Shown here: positions 45,154-51,356 of the stretch, piece by piece | Layout: the number at the start of each line of letters is the position of its first letter | Numbering within the stretch: position 1 is the first letter of the stretch | DNA from: Acidobacteriota bacterium | GTDB taxonomy: Bacteria; Acidobacteriota; Polarisedimenticolia; Gp22-AA2 | Assembly: GCA_031394595.1 (NCBI GenBank) | Contig: JANNTZ010000325.1 | Coordinates: 1-51,356, forward strand | Reading direction: 5' to 3' | DNA length: 51,356 nt | Position numbers and translations under genes: made by a program | Notes under the pieces: generated by a model | The model's database searches: none | What the model saw: only the letters and a program-made list of their open reading frames with translations | Told to the model about the DNA's origin: nothing

Positions 45154-46196
45154 ACGACAGCGTGCCGGAAAGCATGGGGCCCGCGGACGCCCGGCCACGC
45201 GGCGCGTTCGAGAGGGCGCTGGCCTCCGGCCGGCCGGTCGTGACCTGCGAGATCTCCACCGGCGACGGCGCCGACCCCGAGGTGGTGCGCCGGCGCGGGC
45301 GCCTGGTGCGCGACCACGTGGACGCCGTCAATGTTCCCGACAATACCGCCGGCATCCCGCACATGTCCGGCGTGGCGGCCGCCGCGATCCTGGCGCAGGA
45401 CGGGATTGAGCCAATCCTTCACGTGACCTGCCGCGACCGCAACCGGCTCGCCCTGCAAAGCGATCTGCTGGGCGCGGCAGCGCTCGGCGTACGCAACGTC
45501 CTCTGTCTGACCGGAGACCACATGGTCCATGGCGATCACCCGGACGCCAAGCCGGTTTTCGACATCGACTCCATGCAGTTGGTCCGGCTGGCGCGCCGCC
45601 TGACGGACGAGGGACGCTACCTGAGCGGGCGCGAGATCAAATCGCGCCCCGCGCTGTTCGTCGGCGCCGTCGAGAACCCGTTTGCGCCGCCGTATGACTT
45701 CCGTCCGACCCGTCTGCTGAAGAAGCAGGAGGCCGGCGCCCAGTTTATCCAGACCCAGATCATCTTCAACGTCGACCGCTTCGCCGCGTTCATGACGCGG
45801 GTCCGCGATCTCGGGATCGACCGCCGCCTGCCGATCCTGGCCGGCGTCGCCCCGCTCCGCTCGGCGCGCACCGCCCGCCACATGCGCGACAATGTTCCCG
45901 GCATGGAGGTCCCGGAGGACCTGGTACGCCGGATGGACCAGGCGGGCGATGACCGCGCCCGGCGCGAAGAGGAAGGCATCCGGATCTGTGTCGAAATCAT
46001 CGAACGCCTGCGTGCGATCCCGGGGATCGCGGGGTTTCACGTCATGCCGATTCACTGGGAGGAGGCGGTGGGCGAGATCGTCCGGCGCGCCGGGCTGGTC
46101 CCCGCGCGCACCGCACAGCGCCCCGACGTCGACACCCAGCGGCTGATCCCGGCCACGGCGGCCCCCTCCTCTGCTTCCAAGGAGCACCGTTCATGA
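45150..46196 (+). CDS. metF: Methylenetetrahydrofolate reductase
   Basis: VTCEI, DAVNVPDN, HVTCRDRNRLALQSDLLGA, LCLTGDH, AQFIQTQ. ATG 45150 overlaps the metV stop (ATGA). Confidence 0.92.
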   Translation: MNDSVPESMGPADARPRGAFERALASGRPVVTCEISTGDGADPEVVRRRGRLVRDHVDAVNVPDNTAGIPHMSGVAAAAILAQDGIEPILHVTCRDRNRLALQSDLLGAAALGVRNVLCLTGDHMVHGDHPDAKPVFDIDSMQLVRLARRLTDEGRYLSGREIKSRPALFVGAVENPFAPPYDFRPTRLLKKQEAGAQFIQTQIIFNVDRFAAFMTRVRDLGIDRRLPILAGVAPLRSARTARHMRDNVPGMEVPEDLVRRMDQAGDDRARREEEGIRICVEIIERLRAIPGIAGFHVMPIHWEEAVGEIVRRAGLVPARTAQRPDVDTQRLIPATAAPSSASKEHRS

Positions 46197-47122
46197 AAAC
46201 CGTCCTGTCGTCCGCCACCAAGACCGTCATCATCGGCCCCGACGAGCCGTTCGTGATCATCGGCGAGCGGATCAACCCGACCAACCGCAAGAAACTGGCT
46301 GAAGAGCTGAAGCGCTTCGATTTCTCGCGCGTCCGGGCCGAAGCGGTGGCCCAGGTGGAGGCCGGGGCCCAGGTCCTCGACGTCAACACCGGGATCCCCG
46401 GAGCCGACGAACCCGGGATGCTCAAGGGGGCGGTCCAGGCGATGATGGAGGTCACCGACGCTCCGATCTCGATCGACTCCTCCACGCCCGAGGCGCTGGA
46501 GGCGGCCCTGCCGATCTACCGCGGCAAGGCGCTGGTCAACTCGGTGACCGGGGAGGATGAGAGCCTGGAGCGGCTCCTGCCGCTGATCAAGAAATACGGG
46601 GCGGCGGTGATCGGGATCGCCAATGACGACACCGGCATCAGCAACGAACCGGAGGTGCGCCTCGCGGTGGCCCGCAAGATCGTCCAGCGCGCGGCCGACC
46701 ACGGCATCCCGAAGGAGGACGTCCTCATCGATCCGCTCTGCATGCCGATCGGCGCCAATCACAACTTCGGCCGGATCACCTTCGAAACGATGCGGCTGAT
46801 CCGCCAGGAGCTCGGTGTCAACATGTCGATCGGAGCCGGCAACGTCGGGTTCGGTCTGCCGGACCGGCCGCCGCTCACCTCCGCTTTCATGCTGCTGGCG
46901 ATGCCGGTCGGCCTGACCGCCGCGATCACCAACGCCCTCGAACCCGAGATCTACCGTTCCATCCTGGCAGGCGACCTGATGATGGGCCGCGACCCGTTCG
47001 GCAAACGGTGGAACCGGAATTTCCGGAAGGTGAACGCCGCCAGGGCCGCCGCACTGGGGGCCGCTGCCCCCGCCTCTCCAAGCGCCACTCCGACTGCCCC
47101 CTCCACCGCCTCCGGTCGCTGA
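46193..47122 (+). CDS. Methyltetrahydrofolate:corrinoid methyltransferase (pterin-binding domain, AcsE/MetH-type)
   Basis: IIGERINPTNRK, GAQVLDVN, ISIDSS, LVNSVTGE, IDPL, G.GNVGFGLP. ATGA overlap with metF. Confidence 0.9.
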   Translation: MKTVLSSATKTVIIGPDEPFVIIGERINPTNRKKLAEELKRFDFSRVRAEAVAQVEAGAQVLDVNTGIPGADEPGMLKGAVQAMMEVTDAPISIDSSTPEALEAALPIYRGKALVNSVTGEDESLERLLPLIKKYGAAVIGIANDDTGISNEPEVRLAVARKIVQRAADHGIPKEDVLIDPLCMPIGANHNFGRITFETMRLIRQELGVNMSIGAGNVGFGLPDRPPLTSAFMLLAMPVGLTAAITNALEPEIYRSILAGDLMMGRDPFGKRWNRNFRKVNAARAAALGAAAPASPSATPTAPSTASGR

Positions 47123-47140
47123 GGATAGGAGCCCGATCCC

Positions 47141-49012
47141 GTGGACAACACGCCGGGCCGGGGCGAAAAGCACAAGGTCATCTTCCGTCCCAAGGGCGTG
47201 GAAACACGCGTTCCGTCCGGCACAACGATCTTCCACGCCGCTGCCTGGACCGGCCAGCCGGTCGAGTCGACCTGCGGCGGCCGCGGCACCTGCGGCAAAT
47301 GCCGCGTCCGGGTTGTCGAAGGCGAAGCGCCGGTCACGCCGGCCGACACCGAGCACATACCCGGCGCCGATCTCGATACCGGCTGGCGTCTTTCCTGCCA
47401 GGCCCCGGTGCGCGGTCCGATGACGGTGGAGGTGCCGCGGCTCCTGAGCCCGCCCAAAACGGCCATGTTCGGTGTCGGCCGGCAGGTGATCCTCGACCCC
47501 AATGTCCACAAGATCCATCTGAAACTCATCCCGCCCGAACTGCACGACCAGAGATCCGACATCCGGCGCCTGCGCGAGGCACTGCACGCCGCCGGCTTCG
47601 CTGTCCAGGCTGACCTCGACGTCCTGCGCGCGCTGCCCAAGGCGCTTCGCGACGCCGACTTCGACGTAACCGTCGTCCTGTGCGGCGATCACCTGGTCAC
47701 CCTCGAACCGGGGGACACGACACGCGACTGCCACGGCGCCGCCTTTGACCTGGGGACGACGACGATCGTCGGGACGATGCTGAACCTGAACGGCGGGGAG
47801 GCCCGTGGTGTCACGTCCAACCTCAACGCCCAGGCGGTGCACGGTGGCGACGTCCTGTCCCGTATTTCCCACACCATGGGGCATCCCGACGGTCTCGCCG
47901 AGCTGCAACGTCTGGCGGCGGGCACCATCAACGGCCTGATCGATCGCCTGTCCCGCGAGTCGGGTGTCCCGCGCGATCGGATCTACGAGATCACCATCGC
48001 CGGAAACCTGACCATGATTCACCTGCTGCTCGGCATCGACCCCGAGCCGATCTCGGTCACTCCCTTCGCCCCGTGCGTGAGCAGCGGGCTCGACCTGCGG
48101 GCCCGCGACCTCGGTCTCCAGATTCATCCGGAGGGACGCGTCTATCTCTTCCCGGCGATCGGGGCCTATGTCGGTGGCGACATCGTGGCGGGTCTGCTGG
48201 CGACGGCGCTGCCGCGCGGCGACCGCCTGCGCCTGTTCGTGGACGTCGGCACCAACGGCGAGATCGCTCTCGGTTCGGAAGCCCGCACCATCAGCACCGC
48301 CGCGCCGGCCGGCCCCGCGTTCGAGGGCGCCGAGATCTCATGCGGCATGCGGGCGACGGCCGGCGCCATCGAGGGGGTGCAGATCGGCGATTCCGACGTC
48401 ACCCTGCAGACCATCGGCGACGCGCGCCCGGTCGGTCTCTGCGGTTCGGGACTGATCGACGCGGTGGCCGAGCTCTACCGCCGCGGTCTGATGGACCGGA
48501 CCGGACGACTCAAGTCGGCCGAAGAGCTTGGCGCCGGCTGGCCGGCCGCGCTGATGGCGCGGCTCGTGACCCTCAACGGCGTCCGCGCCTTTATCCTCGC
48601 CACTGCCGAACAGACCGGCGCCAGCCCGGTCCTGCTCACCCAGAAGGACATCCGGCAGCTGCAGTTCGCCAAGGGATCGATCGCTGCCGGGATCCGGATC
48701 CTGATGAACGAGCTGGGGGTGAAGCCGGCCGACCTGCACGAAATCCTGCTGGCGGGGGCCTTCGGTTCCTATATCCATCCGGAAGCGGCGCGGCGGATCG
48801 GCCTGGTCCCGCCTGTGCCGGTCGACCGGATCCGCGCCATCGGGAACGCCGCCGGCGAAGGAGCCAAGATCGCCCTGCTCTCCTACCGTGAGCGCGAGGC
48901 GGCCGACGCCATGCCCACCCGTGTCGAGTACATCGAACTCTCCGGTCGCGAGGACTTCAACGACATCTTCCTGTCGGTCCTGGGGTTCCCTGCGCTCGAA
49001 GATCTGCGCTGA
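47141..49012 (+). CDS. ASKHA-domain reductive activator of corrinoid proteins (RACo/RamA-like) with an N-terminal 2Fe-2S domain
   Basis: CGGRGTCGKC...RLSCQ, FDLGTTT, GGDVLSRI, DVGTNGEI, AGPAFEG, GLCGSG, LAGAFG, GNAAGEGA. Confidence 0.92.
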   Translation: MDNTPGRGEKHKVIFRPKGVETRVPSGTTIFHAAAWTGQPVESTCGGRGTCGKCRVRVVEGEAPVTPADTEHIPGADLDTGWRLSCQAPVRGPMTVEVPRLLSPPKTAMFGVGRQVILDPNVHKIHLKLIPPELHDQRSDIRRLREALHAAGFAVQADLDVLRALPKALRDADFDVTVVLCGDHLVTLEPGDTTRDCHGAAFDLGTTTIVGTMLNLNGGEARGVTSNLNAQAVHGGDVLSRISHTMGHPDGLAELQRLAAGTINGLIDRLSRESGVPRDRIYEITIAGNLTMIHLLLGIDPEPISVTPFAPCVSSGLDLRARDLGLQIHPEGRVYLFPAIGAYVGGDIVAGLLATALPRGDRLRLFVDVGTNGEIALGSEARTISTAAPAGPAFEGAEISCGMRATAGAIEGVQIGDSDVTLQTIGDARPVGLCGSGLIDAVAELYRRGLMDRTGRLKSAEELGAGWPAALMARLVTLNGVRAFILATAEQTGASPVLLTQKDIRQLQFAKGSIAAGIRILMNELGVKPADLHEILLAGAFGSYIHPEAARRIGLVPPVPVDRIRAIGNAAGEGAKIALLSYREREAADAMPTRVEYIELSGREDFNDIFLSVLGFPALEDLR

Positions 49013-49049
49013 GTCGACCGGATCCCGGCGCCTGTTTCTCCTGATCCTG

Positions 49050-49520
49050 TCAGTCCTTCGGGAACCTCCGCTGCAGCACACCCAGCTCGAGCAGATGCGA
49101 GTCCCGATAGATCAGTGGCAGGGTCAGACGGCGGCGCTCGTCGCCATGGACGATGCGCAACAACGCCGGTCCGGCGTACGGCGGCAGACGCGCGAAATGC
49201 TCGACCCGGTGCCACTCCACTTCCTCGCGGATCAACGGTCCCGCAACCCGGAAACCGCGATCGTCCATCGTCACCCTTGCAAGGCCGTAGCGGACCACGA
49301 AGGTGGCGGCGCCGGCCCCGGCGAGGATCAGGATGATTGGCGTGGCCTGGTCGAGCCAGTCGGGATCGGGGTGACCGACCAGGGCGACCAGGGCATCGGT
49401 GCCGAGCACCAGCAAGGCGGCCGCGGCGGCCGCGTAGAGAGAAAGCCACCGCGGCCGGCAGGTCAGGACGAGGGGCGGAAGGTCCGGAGGCGCAGCGCGG
49501 GAACCGGCGCCGCCACCCAT
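49050..49520 (-). CDS. Small membrane protein (two TM helices plus a PH-like beta tail)
   Basis: Two hydrophobic segments, then RVTMDDRGFRV...EVEWHRV. TGATG overlap with the DHH gene. Confidence 0.65.
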   Translation of the reverse strand: MGGGAGSRAAPPDLPPLVLTCRPRWLSLYAAAAAALLVLGTDALVALVGHPDPDWLDQATPIILILAGAGAATFVVRYGLARVTMDDRGFRVAGPLIREEVEWHRVEHFARLPPYAGPALLRIVHGDERRRLTLPLIYRDSHLLELGVLQRRFPKD

Positions 49521-50536
49521 CAGGCGGTGGATTTCAAAAGCTGGCGGCAGGGCGCCAGCGCCATCTCGATGGCCTCGGCGAGGGCATGGTCGAGAACTGC
49601 ACCGGCCGCGTTGGTGTGGCCGCCGCCGCCGAACCCCGCGGCGATCCGGTTGACGTCGAGGCCTCCCTTACTGCGGTAAGAGAGCTTGGTGCGTCCCGGC
49701 TTCAGTTCCTTGAGCAGGACGGCGACCCGGACACCGTCGATGCGCAGCAGCTCATTGATGACGTCGGAGGTGTCCTCCCCGTCCGCTCCGCACGTCTCCA
49801 TCTGCTCCCGGTTGAGAGTGATCCAGGCGAGCCGTCCCTGCTCTTCGATCTTCAGGCCCGCGAGCGCCGTGCCGGCGAGACGGACCAGTGCGGCGCTGTC
49901 GCGCTCGAACACCTCCTCGTAGACCCGCGGCGGATGGACACCGGCCGCCAGCATCTCCGCCGCCGCCTCGTGGCAGCGGGGCGACGTCTTGGAGAAGCGG
50001 AAGTAGCCGGTGTCGGTCACCATCGAAACGTAGGCCGCCTCGGCCGCCCGGGTGTCGGACCGCCCGCCGAGCGCCTTGACGATCTGGAACACCAGCTCGC
50101 CGGTGGCGCAGGCCTCCTGGTCGATGATGTTGACCTTCCAGAACGGCTCGACCACGTTGTGATGGTCGATGCAGATGGTGGTCGCGCGCGAGGCGCGCAC
50201 CGAGGGCATGAGCGGGCCGAGCCGATCGACCGACGAGTTGTCGAGAACGAAGATCAGATCGGCCTGACGCAGGAACGGCGCGTGGTCCGGCTCGTCGAAG
50301 ACTTCGACCGTTCCGTCGGGGTCGAGAAACCGGTAACGGAGCGGCAGCGGCTCGGTGTTGATCACCCGTGTCTCGATGCCGCGGCTACGCAGGTAGGGCA
50401 GCAGACAGAGCTCGGCGCCGATGCCGTCGCCATCGGGATCGACGTGGGTACAGAGCGCGGCGGTCCGCGCCGCGGCGATCAGGGGATCGAGACGCGCGGC
50501 TGCATCGGCGATCAGCTTTCGGTCCCGCTCGGTCAT
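49520..50536 (-). CDS. nrnA: DHH/DHHA1 phosphoesterase (NrnA-like oligoribonuclease / pAp phosphatase)
   Basis: HVDPDGDGIG, VLD, IDHH, TDTGYF, SYRSK, FGGGGHTNAAG. Confidence 0.88.
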   Translation of the reverse strand: MTERDRKLIADAAARLDPLIAAARTAALCTHVDPDGDGIGAELCLLPYLRSRGIETRVINTEPLPLRYRFLDPDGTVEVFDEPDHAPFLRQADLIFVLDNSSVDRLGPLMPSVRASRATTICIDHHNVVEPFWKVNIIDQEACATGELVFQIVKALGGRSDTRAAEAAYVSMVTDTGYFRFSKTSPRCHEAAAEMLAAGVHPPRVYEEVFERDSAALVRLAGTALAGLKIEEQGRLAWITLNREQMETCGADGEDTSDVINELLRIDGVRVAVLLKELKPGRTKLSYRSKGGLDVNRIAAGFGGGGHTNAAGAVLDHALAEAIEMALAPCRQLLKSTA

Positions 50537-50590
50537 CGTCCGTTCCTCCCCCGCGTCAGCGCTCCTGAGTTCACTGCCGGGCGCCGCCAC

Positions 50591-51127
50591 TCATCGCGGC
50601 CCCCCGCCGGGCACGCGCACGATGCCGTCCCGGTAAGCGCGTGCCAGATCCACGTAGGACCGGGCGTTGGCATGGATGCGATCGATCTCCTCCGGCCGCA
50701 GCGACCGGACCGGCTTGCCCGGCACACCAAGAACCAGCGATCCCTCCGGGATCCTGGAGTTCTCGGGAACGACCGCGCCGGCCCCGATCAGCGAGTGGCG
50801 GCCAATCCGGCAGCCGCTCAGGACCACCGCGCCCATGGCGATGAGACAATCGTCCTCCACCACCGAGCCGTGGACGATGGCGCCGTGACCGAGCGTGACG
50901 CGCTCCCCGATCCGGCACGGCAAGCCGCGATCGACGTGCAGGACCGAGCCGTCCTGGACGTTCGATTCGGCCCCGATCTCGATCGGTTCGAGGTCGCCGC
51001 GCAGCGTGGCGTGGAACCAGACCGACGCCTCCCGTCCGACGCGGACCTCGCCAACCAGACGGGCATCGGGGGCGACCCAGGCGGTCGGATCGAGTTCGAT
51101 GCAAGTGGAACGCAGCGCGTCGCTCAT
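50591..51127 (-). CDS. Gamma-carbonic anhydrase family hexapeptide-repeat protein (YrdA/CaiE-like)
   Basis: LRGDLEPIEIG..SNVQDGSVLH, TLGHGAIVHG, IAMGAVVL, LVLGVPGKPVR. Confidence 0.92.
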   Translation of the reverse strand: MSDALRSTCIELDPTAWVAPDARLVGEVRVGREASVWFHATLRGDLEPIEIGAESNVQDGSVLHVDRGLPCRIGERVTLGHGAIVHGSVVEDDCLIAMGAVVLSGCRIGRHSLIGAGAVVPENSRIPEGSLVLGVPGKPVRSLRPEEIDRIHANARSYVDLARAYRDGIVRVPGGGPR

Positions 51128-51201
51128 CGGGCTCTCCGGGGCCGGAGCCGTCCCGGCACGGGCGTTGTCGCCGCGTCGGCCGGCGCGCCACGAAGCCGGC
51201 G

Positions 51202-51230
51202 ATTATCGGGCACGCCCCACCTCAAGTCAA
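51202..51230 (-). promoter_or_regulatory. sigma70 promoter for the gamma-CA/nrnA operon
   Basis: TTGACT (51230-51225), 17 bp spacer, GATAAT (51207-51202). Confidence 0.5.
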
Positions 51231-51356
51231 GGCGCATTGGGCGTGTGCGATTCCCGGCCCCGCGTGGCGGGCGGCAGCGCGGCGCCGCTCCGCGCTCGCT
51301 CGCGAGGTCCACGGGGTGCCCATTTGAGGCGCATGGCGCGGCTCGAGGTCGCGGCG

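Noticed and set aside
14026-49679. Numerous long Arg/Pro/Gly-rich alternative-frame and antisense ORFs (e.g. 16993-18933 +, 42973-44976 -, 46052-48127 -)
   Set aside because: They are shadow ORFs expected from high GC3 codon bias opposite or within genuine genes, and carry no family motifs.

Overview
A high-GC chromosomal window, probably from an Acidobacteriota-like diderm bacterium (inferred from gene content and style, not verified). I see no integrase, transposase, CRISPR array, tRNA or rRNA. Most genes are core: the mreBCD-mrdA-rodA-rng shape operon, FBP aldolase/phosphatase, a PpiD-like chaperone, mutS2, a rny-thiC-mqnE-pabC-pabB run, moaDE, an NrnA-like DHH phosphoesterase and a gamma-carbonic anhydrase-like protein. 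Several uncharacterised exported proteins are interspersed. The most interesting items are: (1) an IscS/NifS-like protein that keeps its catalytic-loop Cys but lacks the PLP Schiff-base Lys and the substrate Arg; (2) two structured intergenic elements (about 27.55-27.9 kb and 40.9-41.1 kb), each behind its own sigma70 promoter and sharing colinear sequence motifs, one folding like a 6S RNA upstream of rny; (3) an IclR-led corrinoid methyl-transfer module (corrinoid protein, MetV, MetF, CH3-THF:corrinoid methyltransferase, ASKHA activator) with no substrate-specific methyltransferase in the window; (4) decayed regulators with intact promoters, namely a fur with an amber stop and internal deletion plus an intact palindromic operator, and an HU/IHF relic; (5) a secreted gluzincin-type protease with six Asp/Cys-rich repeats and a translationally coupled partner gene. 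All product calls rest on motif recognition by eye; no searches or folding programs were run.
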